This document shows, one piece after another, positions 1 through 9,454 of a DNA stretch of 64,000 bases (position 1 is the first letter of the stretch; each line of letters begins with the position of its first letter). The notes beneath the pieces were generated by a model. The model did not search any database. It had not been told where the DNA came from and worked only from the letters and a program-made list of their open reading frames with translations. This DNA is from an uncultured Enterobacterales bacterium (GTDB lineage: Bacteria; Myxococcota_A; UBA796; JAFGLY01), in NCBI GenBank assembly GCA_964454135.1, contig CAYVQL010000012.1:11-64010 (forward strand). Reading direction: 5' to 3'. Position numbers and translations under genes: made by a program.

Positions 1-183
1 GGCCTGCTCGACGGCGAGGAGGTCGACGAGCACGGCACCGATCCCCTGGCCGCTGACACGGACGAGGACGGCCTGCTCGACGGCGAGGAGGTCGACGAGC
101 ACGGCACCGATCCCCTGGCCGCTGACACGGACGAGGACGGCCTGCTCGACGGCGAGGAGGTCGACGAGCACGGCACCGATCCC
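1..183 (+). repeat. 69-bp coding tandem repeat, about 2.6 copies visible
   Basis: Identical units start at 1, 70 and 139 (ggcctgctcgacggcgaggaggtcgacgagcac...). Confidence 0.95.
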
Positions 184-459
184 ACGATCGCCGACACCGA
201 TGAAGGCGGCGTGCCAGATGGTGAGGAGATCGACCGCGGCAGCGACCCGCTGGATCCCACGGACGACTTCCCCGTGGAGGGCGACACCGGCGACGGCATT
301 GCCAAGGACGGCAGCTGCGGTTGCATCTCACCAGGATCGGTGTTCTGGCCGGGCGCTCTCCTGGGCTTGGTGCCGCTTGTTCTACGGCGAAGACGAGCAA
401 CGGTCCAAGTGAGGTCGACCTTGGGGATCAGGTCGATACTACTGCTGTTTCTTCTGTAG
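1..459 (+). CDS. 5'-truncated surface protein with acidic Ca-binding-type repeats and a MYXO-CTERM-like tail
   Basis: Frame 1 from base 1 reads GLLDGEEVDEHGTDPLAADTDED repeats (thrombospondin type 3-like DxDxDG), then GSCGC...ALLGLVPLVLRRRR; stop at 457-459. Confidence 0.75.
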   Translation, partial: GLLDGEEVDEHGTDPLAADTDEDGLLDGEEVDEHGTDPLAADTDEDGLLDGEEVDEHGTDPTIADTDEGGVPDGEEIDRGSDPLDPTDDFPVEGDTGDGIAKDGSCGCISPGSVFWPGALLGLVPLVLRRRRATVQVRSTLGIRSILLLFLL

Positions 460-571
460 TCACCGTTGAAGCCGGAGACCGGGATTGGCAGTGCGATGGA
501 GGCCTGGGAACGGTGCGCCCGGGCAGACACCGGCGCTGGACGCGCCTGCTGGCCCTCGTTACGGCCCGGCC

Positions 572-588
572 GGCAGCCTTCGGCTGCC
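572..588. terminator. Hairpin between convergent genes, possible terminator
   Basis: GGCAGCC-TTC-GGCTGCC just past the stop of the 618-aa gene; only a weak U-tract. Confidence 0.4.
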
Positions 589-605
589 TGTCTTCCCGAC
601 GACTG

Positions 606-2462
606 CTAGGCCAAGCTGCGGAGTACGGCCACTTTGAGCAGCTCCGATGGGGGAGGTGGCCGGCCCCCGGTGGGCCACTCCTGGCCGAGGAACCAGTTTG
701 CCACTTGCTCCCATGGTATCCAGTTGCGTTGGGAGAGCGCTCTCCAGTGTTCCTCGTAGGCGCCGTACCAGTCACCCGTCGGAGTGACGAAGCTGTGGAA
801 GCTCTCGTAGTGCGAGTGTTGGTTCCGGGTGAGTTGGGCGAACATCAGGAGCGCGCTGGCGGCGTGCCCCAGGCGAGCCGGCCCGTTGCCGCTGCCTGGG
901 TAGAGCGTCGCGGCGGCTCTGCTGATGATGCTGAGCGCCCGCTGGGCGGGTTCGGATCCTGTGCGCTGCTTCCACAGTTCATCGCCGAGCTTGTGGAGGT
1001 GTTGGGCGAGCTTGGGATTCCTGAAGAGCTGTGCTGTGGCGTACGGACCGTCGATCTTGAACGAGCGGTTCTTCCAGGCATACCACGCCCACAGGTGTTG
1101 TAGCGGAGCGTTGGAACGGCCCCACTTCCCATCCTTGAAGACCTTTCGGGCATCGAACCAGACCTCCAGCCTGTCACCGAGCAGGTGATACTGACTCGCA
1201 CGCTCCGGAGACCAGGAGTCATCACTCCAGAATTGGTTCTCAAAGAGCGCTTTGATCGGATCGGTTTTCTCGCGGCAGACCGGAAAGCTGTCCGTGGATG
1301 CGCTGCGCAGCCCGATGGCCAGAGCGATTCGCGCGATGTCTTGGCTGTTCGCCAGGGCCATCCCCAGAGCCTTGCCGAGCTCCTCTGCCTCAGCGAGTCG
1401 GCCTATGCGCCCGGGGATCTCCTTCGTGCGCGAGCCTCCCCGCTCCTGGATCCTGGCCGTGGCGAACTCCGCCAGCTCCGCCAGGGAGCCATCGCACCAC
1501 TTCTGCATGGCTTCGGGCTCGGACTTCTTGGTTCGGCTCTTCCTGACCGGGAAGAGGGCGCGTTTCTGCCGGTCCTGGAGTCTCTCTTCCCACGACAGCC
1601 AGCTGGTCTCGCCCCTGGCCGACGTGAAGGAGTACAGGACGCCTCTGCCGCTGGCCAGCTTGCCGAGCATATCTCTTGCGAACTCCTGGTTCCGCTCATG
1701 GCTGCCTTCAATCAGTCGATCCAGCAGCACGATGTCGTCGGGATTGGCTATCCGCAGCGCGGCATTGCGCTTCTTCTCAAGGCGGTTGATCTGGATGGCG
1801 AACACCGGATAGCGAGCGCTCCGGGGGCGGCCGAGGTGCTGTTCGAGGGCCTCGGCGATGTCCGTGACGTGGAGGTTCCAGGTGCGGACGGGCTTTGCCT
1901 CGTCGTCGAGCATCAGCATCTTCGGTGTGCGTGAGAGGCAGGACGCAAGGGCTTGCCCCCACTCACGGCGCGAGGCGTCCGGTGAGGGCAGGGTCTCCCA
2001 GATGACGCGCATCCGCTCGGGGGCGGATTCGCCACAGTCATCAGGGAGCACCACCAGGTCTCCCTCGAACATGCCGTGGCCACGGATGGCGTCCACGAGC
2101 TGGTCGGCGTGGGGGACCCACGCTCCGGATACCGCCAGGGCCCCGATGCGTGCCCCAGTCTCACCGTAGAAGGAATCGAGCCAGGCGACCAGCGCCGCGC
2201 ACACCCTCTGGTGGCGGCCTACGAGTCGTACGAGATCCTCGGCCCTCGGTCGCACCAACACCATATGGAGGAAAGGCCACAGCTGGTCCTGAGGACTCTG
2301 CGCTTCGCGCTGGTCGGCGCTGAGAAGGGAGGACTGCGCGATGGGCACCGCGGCCTGGATGCGAAGGTCGGCGTTCCAGTGAACGGGCAAGACGAACTCG
2401 GCGTAGGCCTGCTCGATCTCTTCGGGCATACGCTCGGCCTGGGCGAAGACAATCACGATCAT
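606..2462 (-). CDS. Hypothetical 618-aa protein, possibly with degenerate receiver-like segments
   Basis: Long ORF with protein-like composition; start overlaps the stop of the upstream 1185-aa ORF (ATGA); KMLMLDDE resembles a receiver beta1-acidic motif. Confidence 0.75.
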   Translation of the reverse strand: MIVIVFAQAERMPEEIEQAYAEFVLPVHWNADLRIQAAVPIAQSSLLSADQREAQSPQDQLWPFLHMVLVRPRAEDLVRLVGRHQRVCAALVAWLDSFYGETGARIGALAVSGAWVPHADQLVDAIRGHGMFEGDLVVLPDDCGESAPERMRVIWETLPSPDASRREWGQALASCLSRTPKMLMLDDEAKPVRTWNLHVTDIAEALEQHLGRPRSARYPVFAIQINRLEKKRNAALRIANPDDIVLLDRLIEGSHERNQEFARDMLGKLASGRGVLYSFTSARGETSWLSWEERLQDRQKRALFPVRKSRTKKSEPEAMQKWCDGSLAELAEFATARIQERGGSRTKEIPGRIGRLAEAEELGKALGMALANSQDIARIALAIGLRSASTDSFPVCREKTDPIKALFENQFWSDDSWSPERASQYHLLGDRLEVWFDARKVFKDGKWGRSNAPLQHLWAWYAWKNRSFKIDGPYATAQLFRNPKLAQHLHKLGDELWKQRTGSEPAQRALSIISRAAATLYPGSGNGPARLGHAASALLMFAQLTRNQHSHYESFHSFVTPTGDWYGAYEEHWRALSQRNWIPWEQVANWFLGQEWPTGGRPPPPSELLKVAVLRSLA

Positions 2463-5400
2463 GTTGATGAGTCCTTTTTATCGAGCGGAGCGCGTAGCGG
2501 AATTCTCCAACGGACGCACTTGGGTTGGGGCGACACCACGATGTCGTAGCCGCCGGTTGCATCGGGACAGCCCGAGGCTCGTAGCACGTCGCGAACCAGG
2601 CCGAGACCGCGTCCGCCGACACCGCCTGTGAGGCGGCCCGTGAGGGATTCCTCGATGCGCGCGAACCGTTGCGGGTCGACGTCGGGCTCATCGACGGTCA
2701 GGGCCCACACTTCGCCGAACCTGTTCCTCAAGACGCCCAGCTCGAGGACCAGGGGGGCCTCGCCTCGCGCATACCGGGCGGCGTTGTGGGTGAGCTCGGC
2801 GAGGACGAAGATCAGCGGATGAAGCTGAACCACTGGGTGGCGGACGACCGAGGCTTCGACCACTGGCGGCAACCGCAGCTCCACGGGACGGTTCGGGGGC
2901 GCGGGCACCTTCGCCGCGGCGACCGAGATCGAGTACGCGGCGTCGGTGCGCTGGAAGGCCAACAGATAGGCGATGTCCTCCAGGCTCGTGGACACCCTCC
3001 TCAATACCTCCCTGAACTCCCCGACCTCCTCCTCCCCCCACTTGCTCTCCTCGAGGAGGTGATCGAGGGACTGGATGCAGGCCAGCACGGTGGCGCCGTG
3101 GGGGCCGGCGACGCGATCCGTGAACTCGTGATCGTTCATCAAATCGGTGAGGAGTTTCCGCGCAGGAGCGGATAGCTCGGCGACATCGGACACCTGGGAA
3201 TCTGTGGTCAACTCCCGCAGGGCCTTGGCGGTGCCTCGTAGACGCTCGATTGGATTCGACCGTCGCAGAGAAGCGACCCTCGCCAGATACGTCAGCCAGG
3301 GGTCATCTCCAGTCGCGTCGAACCCGGCATGAGGCAGCCACGGCGCGACCCCCTCCTCCCATCTTTCTGGCCCGGGAAAGCCCACAGGCTGTCGCTCGGC
3401 GGCCAGCTCTGGGAAGGTCCTCCAGATCTCGCCCAGTGGTTCGAGCAGCTTGTCTCTCCAGCTCGACAGGGTCGCCATTCCACCGATCTCGAGGACGGTG
3501 AAACCCACCGCTCGGGAGAGGTGGAGCAATGCGGCCGCTCCCCTCTGGACGACCTGGAGCCCCCTGCCCATGCCGTATAGCACCACCTGCTGCGCACCGA
3601 CCTTGAGGAGCTTCTGCGTCACGGTCAGCAGCGGCACCAGTTTCTGCCGAGAGCCAGCGTCGTACGGCAGCGCGAGCCAGTGACCGGCGAGCGCCTTGAC
3701 GGAATGCTCTATCTCTTGAGGTGACGTCCCGTGAGCGATATGACTCGCCCAGCGCTCAAGCAGAGCGAGGTTTGGGGCAGGCTCATCGGCTGTGGACCGC
3801 AGGATCAAAAGGACCCTGATCTCGGAAGGGAACCGATCCCATGCCAGCGCTTCGTGGTCGAGTCGCTCTGGCCACTTCGCCTGCAGCGCTCTCCAAGCGG
3901 CATCGCGCTCACGTCCGGGAGCGTCGGGATCCCTCAGCAGGCTGACCAGCGCGTCTTCGGTTCGACGCTCGCGCCACGCAGATCTGAGGGCTTGGCCGCT
4001 CAGGCGAGGAGTGGAGTGCTGCTGAAACGCCTTGCCTTCGGCGCACAGGACATCGAGCAGGTCTGCAGGCCGATGGCCATCGAAGCCCTGACCTTGGTCC
4101 GGTTGCCGGCCTGGACTGTCTCGCCAGCTCTTGAACACCTGCCACGGATTCACGGCGCCGTCGATCTCAAGAAGCTGCGCGACATCCTGGAGCGCCTCTG
4201 GGAATCCCGTCGCGCAGAGTGCGAGATCACGTAGAAACACCCGCTGAGGAGGTGTTCGCGCTCGGCTCGCGGATGCGAGCTCGAGCGATAGGCGTTCCAG
4301 GATCCAATGGCGACATACCTGGCACCCGCTCGCGCTGTGGCCTGCTGCCATCCGCATGACTGGAGACAGGAGGCGGCCATAGGGATCCCAGCGGCGGATT
4401 TGAGGCCGTCGCGCTCCTTCGAAGTACGAGAACCACCAGTCGTGATCCACTTCTACGTGCCGTCCCTCGACGATCGAGCGCGTCGCGCCCGCCAGGTACT
4501 GGGCGATGAGCCGTCTTTGACGGGGATAGCCCAAAGGGAGTTTCCGTGGATTGCTCCGAAAGACAAGCTCCCAAGCCCTGGATTGCGGTTCGCCAGCGCA
4601 AGGTGCCATGCGCCCAAGCGCGTACGCGGCGACGGGGACGAGGGGCGCTGCGCTCGTATGCAGGGCATCAGCCGGTCTGCGCCATAGGGACAATGCCGTG
4701 GTCGAGGCTTGCTTCCAGGCTGCGCTGCTGGCAGCGGGGAGATCGGGCCGAAGACCGGCCGCGGTCCAGCTCGCGGCCAGGTTCGTCAACGACATGGGCC
4801 AGCTGACGCCACGTCGGTACAGGAAACTCAGCTCCCGCAGGCGGTGACGCAGGCGGTCCTGGTACTGGTCGAAGACGTGATGGCCTGCGTGCTCGGTGTG
4901 CAGTCCGGTCTCATTTGCGATGGCACTGATGCCTCGCAAGTCCTTGAAGAGGGCCTTCACCGACTCCGGACGGATGCCCTGCGCCCGCTTGCCGGTCTTC
5001 ACCGCGATGGTGGCAGCGCCGGGGAGCGAGAAGCAGTCTGCCAGCTGCTGGTCGGTCGGCTGGTCCAGGCTGGCCGCTTCCTCCACTCCGCCGCTGGAGC
5101 AGATCTTGCAGAACTCGGCAAAGGCCCAGTGGCGGACCCGCTCGGCGGGATGACGCGCGAGATGACGGAGGACTCCCCACCCTCGGGGCAAGGTCCACCA
5201 GAGACCAGCGTCGAAGAGAGCCAGCCTCTCGAGAACGTTGGGGCGGTTCGATTCGCGTCTCCACCAGCCGCTCCAGGTGCCCCGCATGTTCTTGATGAGC
5301 GTGGAGTCGTAGCCACCGTCGCTGTACTCGTGGACCACGGAGTCGGCTCCGTAGCGCGCCGCCCCGGCCAGCATCTTCTCGAACAGCTGGTGGTCTTCGG

Positions 5401-6016
5401 CAATGCAGCACGCCACGAGGCGCGGGCAGACTTCGTCGTGACCGATGTCGAAGCCCTGGATGCGGAATTCCAGGCCCGATGTGCCGACGACCTCCATGAG
5501 CGTCCGCACCTCGACGAGTCGCCATTGGCGACGTCCGCGATGCTGTTCCCCGCCCCAACAGGTTTCTGACAGCAGCCGGCTCAACAAGTACCAGATTCCC
5601 CGTGGCTGCCCTCGGCTCGGCCGGGTTGCTCGCACGAGCACATCGGGTCCGCCGGGAGCTACGAAAATTGGGATTCCCGGCCTTGAAGGTGGTGGAAAGT
5701 CCGATAGGCAATAGCAAAGCCGGACGGTGCGCTGGGCGTCCTCCGTTGCCACGAGCCACAGCCCGGCTGATATCTCTCCCACGAACCAGGCCTCTTCCGC
5801 CGGGGGACCTGCCGGGTGGCGCGCTGCGGGCTGCGGGGGCTCCGCCAGTTTTTGCCTTAGGAAGAATCCCCAGATGGAGCAGCGTTGTCGGGGGGCGAGG
5901 TCGCGGAAGAAATGCCTCGCCCGGTCGCGGTCCATTCTCTGCGTGCTCAGGGATGCGGGATCCGGGAGCGTGCTCATCGTGGGTGTCAGCGGCAGGTGGA
6001 CTGGCGTACGGGGCAA
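2459..6016 (-). CDS. 1185-aa protein with C-terminal histidine-kinase-like (HATPase_c) domain
   Basis: N-box ELTHNAARY, G2-like GGRGLGLV, possible H-box DHEFTDRV; GAGGAG RBS before TTG at 6016; no obvious TM segment. Confidence 0.75.
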   Translation of the reverse strand: MPRTPVHLPLTPTMSTLPDPASLSTQRMDRDRARHFFRDLAPRQRCSIWGFFLRQKLAEPPQPAARHPAGPPAEEAWFVGEISAGLWLVATEDAQRTVRLCYCLSDFPPPSRPGIPIFVAPGGPDVLVRATRPSRGQPRGIWYLLSRLLSETCWGGEQHRGRRQWRLVEVRTLMEVVGTSGLEFRIQGFDIGHDEVCPRLVACCIAEDHQLFEKMLAGAARYGADSVVHEYSDGGYDSTLIKNMRGTWSGWWRRESNRPNVLERLALFDAGLWWTLPRGWGVLRHLARHPAERVRHWAFAEFCKICSSGGVEEAASLDQPTDQQLADCFSLPGAATIAVKTGKRAQGIRPESVKALFKDLRGISAIANETGLHTEHAGHHVFDQYQDRLRHRLRELSFLYRRGVSWPMSLTNLAASWTAAGLRPDLPAASSAAWKQASTTALSLWRRPADALHTSAAPLVPVAAYALGRMAPCAGEPQSRAWELVFRSNPRKLPLGYPRQRRLIAQYLAGATRSIVEGRHVEVDHDWWFSYFEGARRPQIRRWDPYGRLLSPVMRMAAGHSASGCQVCRHWILERLSLELASASRARTPPQRVFLRDLALCATGFPEALQDVAQLLEIDGAVNPWQVFKSWRDSPGRQPDQGQGFDGHRPADLLDVLCAEGKAFQQHSTPRLSGQALRSAWRERRTEDALVSLLRDPDAPGRERDAAWRALQAKWPERLDHEALAWDRFPSEIRVLLILRSTADEPAPNLALLERWASHIAHGTSPQEIEHSVKALAGHWLALPYDAGSRQKLVPLLTVTQKLLKVGAQQVVLYGMGRGLQVVQRGAAALLHLSRAVGFTVLEIGGMATLSSWRDKLLEPLGEIWRTFPELAAERQPVGFPGPERWEEGVAPWLPHAGFDATGDDPWLTYLARVASLRRSNPIERLRGTAKALRELTTDSQVSDVAELSAPARKLLTDLMNDHEFTDRVAGPHGATVLACIQSLDHLLEESKWGEEEVGEFREVLRRVSTSLEDIAYLLAFQRTDAAYSISVAAAKVPAPPNRPVELRLPPVVEASVVRHPVVQLHPLIFVLAELTHNAARYARGEAPLVLELGVLRNRFGEVWALTVDEPDVDPQRFARIEESLTGRLTGGVGGRGLGLVRDVLRASGCPDATGGYDIVVSPQPKCVRWRIPLRAPLDKKDSST

Positions 6017-6040
6017 TCGCCGCTCCTCGATGAATTAAAG

Positions 6041-6069
6041 TTGACGGCCTGTCTCGCCGATAGTAGATT
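6041..6069 (+). promoter_or_regulatory. Sigma70-type promoter
   Basis: TTGACG (6041-6046), 17-nt spacer, TAGATT (6064-6069); AT-rich tgaattaaag just upstream. Confidence 0.6.
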
Positions 6070-6073
6070 CAGA

Positions 6074-6138
6074 GTCAGCAATCGGGTCAGCTCGTTGCTG
6101 GCCTACACCAGAAGCCCCCGCATGGGGGCTTTTCTTTG
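6074..6138 (+). ncRNA. Candidate ~65-nt small RNA (5' stem-loop plus intrinsic terminator)
   Basis: GTCAGCAA...TTGCTGGC stem at 6074-6102 directly after the -10 box, 8-nt linker, then terminator; no ORF. Confidence 0.45.
6110..6138 (+). terminator. Rho-independent terminator
   Basis: AGAAGCCCCC-GCAT-GGGGGCTTTT followed by CTTTG. Confidence 0.75.
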
Positions 6139-6581
6139 TTCTGTGCTGCCATAGCATCTGCGCCACGCCTGGTCCAAGCGCATACCGGATTGAGGCCATG
6201 TGCTCGGGTCGCATCGCCAGGGCTCAGCCGGGGGCCAGGCCCTGCTCCTCCGGATCGCCCAGGGCCGCGAAGACGCGCTTTGACAGCTCGTGCTTGCCGG
6301 GCAGTACCATGGCGGCCTCCTCCTGGTGCTCCCAGGCGGCAGCGCCCTCACCATCCTCCACCAGCGCCAGTCCCAGCTCGGTACGGATCCGGCCGCTCTC
6401 GGTGAGCACCCGGGCCTTGCGCTGGAGGTTGGCGAGGGCCGCAGGGAGTGGGGGAAACCGCTCCAGAGTGGGCTCTCCCTGGAAGCTCCGATTGGCCTGC
6501 GCCTCCAGCTCCCCTGCGCGCCACGGATGCGCACGGCCAGCAACCCATCAGGGATTCACGCTCACCCCGCCGGAGGCGCCC

Positions 6582-7799
6582 CTACCGGTCGCTCAGGGTG
6601 GCCAGGAAGGTCACGATGGCGGCCTCTTCCTCGGGAGTGAGGCCCAGGTCGCCCAGCTCGTCGCGGTTGACCGTGGTGGGCACCTCGGGCGGGTGCCAGC
6701 AGTCCTGGTTCTCTTCTTCGTCCTTGCAGGCGGGCTTGGTGTCGCGCGTGTTGTAGAAGTGCACGATGGCCGCCAGGGAGTGGAAGGTGCCGTTGTGCCC
6801 GAAGGCCTTGGCGAAATCAGCGTCGGGGCGCCGGTCCACATTGCGCAGGGTGGGCACCTTGACCTTGCCCAGCTCCGCCTGCCAGACCTCTTCGGGGTGG
6901 TCCGCCTCGCGCAGGGCGCCGCCCAGGCCCTCATCGATCCAGGCCTGGCCCTGGGGATTGAACTCCGCGGACATGGCGTAGAAGGGATTCTCCGGGTTCT
7001 TCGGCAGGCCCAGGTTGTCGTAGGTGAAGTCCGTGAAGAGGGGGGGGTCGCCCTGCTCGTCGGGGCGCGAGGGGTGGCAGTCGGCGCACAGCGCCTTGCC
7101 CTCGAAGAGCGCCAACCCTGCCAACTCTTGCTCGCTGAGCTGCTCGGTGCCCGCCAACCAGGCGTCGTAGCGAGAGGAGAAGGGATTCACCTCGGCGGAG
7201 CGCTCGAAGGCGGCGATGTCTCTGCCGATGTGGGCGTAGGCCTCTTCCGCGTTGGTGGCGCAGTCCAGGCTCTGGGCGCCGTGCAGCAGGCGGAAGCGCT
7301 CCGCGTAGGGCGCGGACGACAGCTTGGCGCAGAGGGCCGCGGCGTCCGGCAGGTTGTGCTCGAGGGGGTTGAGGAAGGGGCCCTGGGCCTGCTCGGCCAG
7401 GGGGTCGCCCAGCACTTCGCCGGTGGCGCGCCCGTCCCAGAACATGCCCCCGATCCATACCCCCTCTTCTTCGTCGAAGTGGAGCTTCGGGCTGGAGCCG
7501 GCGTAGGCGGCCGCCGGGGGCTTGCGGTTGCCGAAGCGCCCCGGCTGGGCGCCCTCGTAGACGGAGCCGGGGACGTTGAGGAGGGGATCGGGGCCCGTGA
7601 AGCCCACTTCGGGCCCGTGGCAGGCGGCGCAGGCCTGGCCCTCGGGTTCCGAGAGGCTGCTGTCGAAGAAGAGGAGCTTGCCGAGCTCCTCGGCGGTGGG
7701 CGGGCTTGGCTGCGGGACGGTTTCTTCAGCGCTGGCTGCGGGCGCCTGCTCCTTGGGGCAGCCCTGCAGCAGGGCCAGCAGGGCGATGGTTCGGGTCAT
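6582..7799 (-). CDS. Di-heme cytochrome c peroxidase (CCP/MauG family), probable lipoprotein
   Basis: LGKLLFFDSSLS, CAACH, FWDGRA, QAQGPFLNPLE, CADCH, KVPTLRNV, HNG; N-terminal LLQGC. Confidence 0.9.
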   Translation of the reverse strand: MTRTIALLALLQGCPKEQAPAASAEETVPQPSPPTAEELGKLLFFDSSLSEPEGQACAACHGPEVGFTGPDPLLNVPGSVYEGAQPGRFGNRKPPAAAYAGSSPKLHFDEEEGVWIGGMFWDGRATGEVLGDPLAEQAQGPFLNPLEHNLPDAAALCAKLSSAPYAERFRLLHGAQSLDCATNAEEAYAHIGRDIAAFERSAEVNPFSSRYDAWLAGTEQLSEQELAGLALFEGKALCADCHPSRPDEQGDPPLFTDFTYDNLGLPKNPENPFYAMSAEFNPQGQAWIDEGLGGALREADHPEEVWQAELGKVKVPTLRNVDRRPDADFAKAFGHNGTFHSLAAIVHFYNTRDTKPACKDEEENQDCWHPPEVPTTVNRDELGDLGLTPEEEAAIVTFLATLSDR

Positions 7800-7935
7800 G
7801 ATGGACTCCTGCTCCGGGGAGAGAGACGTCTACCTCCCGCCGGCTCCGAAGACACCCGTGATGACTGTCGCGGGGGGGTGATCGAATGCAGAGAGGGGAT
7901 GGGTAGCATTGGCGTATCCCCGCCAAGTACGACAA

Positions 7936-9432
7936 TCATCGCGGCCCACCCGACGCGCACGAGATCCCCAGGTCTGGGACGCACGAGGAGCAACGATGAA
8001 CCACACGACGTACTGATCCCGCGTGGCCATCTGGGAGCGAGCGGGATGCCTTGCGCAGCGTGCCCCGTTCGCCGGACGAGGCGTCCACGACGACGAGCTC
8101 GCCATCTCGGACGGATGCGATCGCGCCTGGCGCGGCGATGAGGCAGGGGATGCCCATCTCACGGCTCACCGCCGCGGCGTGGCAGGTCACGCCGCCCTCC
8201 TCGGTGACGATGGCCCCTGCGCGCTGGTAGGCCTGGACGTAGTCCGGGGTCAAGCAGCGCGTCACGACCACGTCGCCCGGCTCGACCTGGAGGCAGTCTT
8301 CGGGGCTCCTCAGGATCCGAGCCCGTCCCTGGTGGACGCCGCCGCTCGCCACCTGCCCCTCCACCGGCCCGGCCTGGCGCCTGGCCGGCATGCCTCCTGC
8401 CCTGGTGGCCGCGACCCGGTGCGGGCGCACCTCCGTTGCGCCGCCCTTCAACTCCACGGCGAAGCCGCCCTGGCGCTGAGCGATCTTCTCGCGCAGAGCG
8501 TCGCCACGCGCCTCGTTCTCCAGGAACGCTTCGATCTCGTCGGCGGCCAGGTGGAGCAGACCGTCGTAGTCGGTCCCGGTCCTTTCCGCGATGCACGAGA
8601 GAACGGGGCGCATGAAATGGGCGGAGCGTTCCAACGCGTTCTTGCGGTGCTCTCTGAGCAGGACGAGCGGATCGATGGGGACGCGAGGTCGCCTGCGTGA
8701 CGGGCGGGGCCTGGAGAGGTCTGCGGCCAGGCGGAGGAGCAACTGGTCGCGGGACCAAGGAGAGCCGGCGAAGTAGGACAATCCCAGCCAGTCGTAGGCC
8801 TCCAGGTGCGTGTCGATGGAGCGCTGGAGCCGGGATGGGAGCGGCCCGCGCGCTCCGTTCCGCACCTGGGCCGACAACAGGCCGTCGCGCGCCACGCATC
8901 GTAGGATCCGCTCGTAGGCCTCCGCCTCCTCGGCAGCCAGGCTCCGCGAGGCGCGCAGGTCCGGATCCAGTCCGGGATCGTCCAGCTGGAGGACCCCTTG
9001 GAAGGAGCCGAGCTGGTGCAGCACATCGTCGAGGGCGGCCGGGAAGACGACGAGGAAAGGCATCACGGCCGTCACCGCCTCCGTCCAGGAGCTCCAACTC
9101 CGGCGGAGATCGTCGTCGCACGTGGAATCCGGGTCGCCGGTGCGGAGCGAGCCCAGCCGCTGCGACCGGCGGATGAGCTCGTTGCTGCGCCTCCAGCACC
9201 GGTTGCAGAACGACACCAGGTACGTCTGCTCCGTGGTCAAGCGGCTGGAGAGGTGCGTGCGCAGCCGAGCCAGGTCCTCCGCGCGATAGGACACGTTTCC
9301 ATCTTCGAGCCTGCGCGCGCCGAGCTGGAAGGGGATGTCCAGCGCTGTGGCCAAGGGGGCCCCGAGGCCCCGCAGCACGAGGGTCTCGAAGAGAACCGGG
9401 ATCGGTCTGTTCAGCTTGTCCTGCCAGGTCAT
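7936..9432 (-). CDS. PEP-utilizing enzyme subunit: helical substrate-binding region plus phospho-His swivel domain
   Basis: C-terminal GAIVTEEGGVTCHAAAVSREMGIPC and GELVVVDA; no ATP-grasp motifs. Confidence 0.85.
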   Translation of the reverse strand: MTWQDKLNRPIPVLFETLVLRGLGAPLATALDIPFQLGARRLEDGNVSYRAEDLARLRTHLSSRLTTEQTYLVSFCNRCWRRSNELIRRSQRLGSLRTGDPDSTCDDDLRRSWSSWTEAVTAVMPFLVVFPAALDDVLHQLGSFQGVLQLDDPGLDPDLRASRSLAAEEAEAYERILRCVARDGLLSAQVRNGARGPLPSRLQRSIDTHLEAYDWLGLSYFAGSPWSRDQLLLRLAADLSRPRPSRRRPRVPIDPLVLLREHRKNALERSAHFMRPVLSCIAERTGTDYDGLLHLAADEIEAFLENEARGDALREKIAQRQGGFAVELKGGATEVRPHRVAATRAGGMPARRQAGPVEGQVASGGVHQGRARILRSPEDCLQVEPGDVVVTRCLTPDYVQAYQRAGAIVTEEGGVTCHAAAVSREMGIPCLIAAPGAIASVRDGELVVVDASSGERGTLRKASRSLPDGHAGSVRRVVHRCSSCVPDLGISCASGGPR

Positions 9433-9454
9433 CGTCGCCTCCTTCCATCGCTGG

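Noticed and set aside
1-183. 69-bp repeats as a CRISPR array
   Set aside because: Contiguous in-frame coding repeats with no unique spacers
6224-6545. Short ORF MLTESGRIRTELG... as a gene
   Set aside because: Could be a TPR-like gene remnant, but it has no clear start or RBS and no recognisable motif
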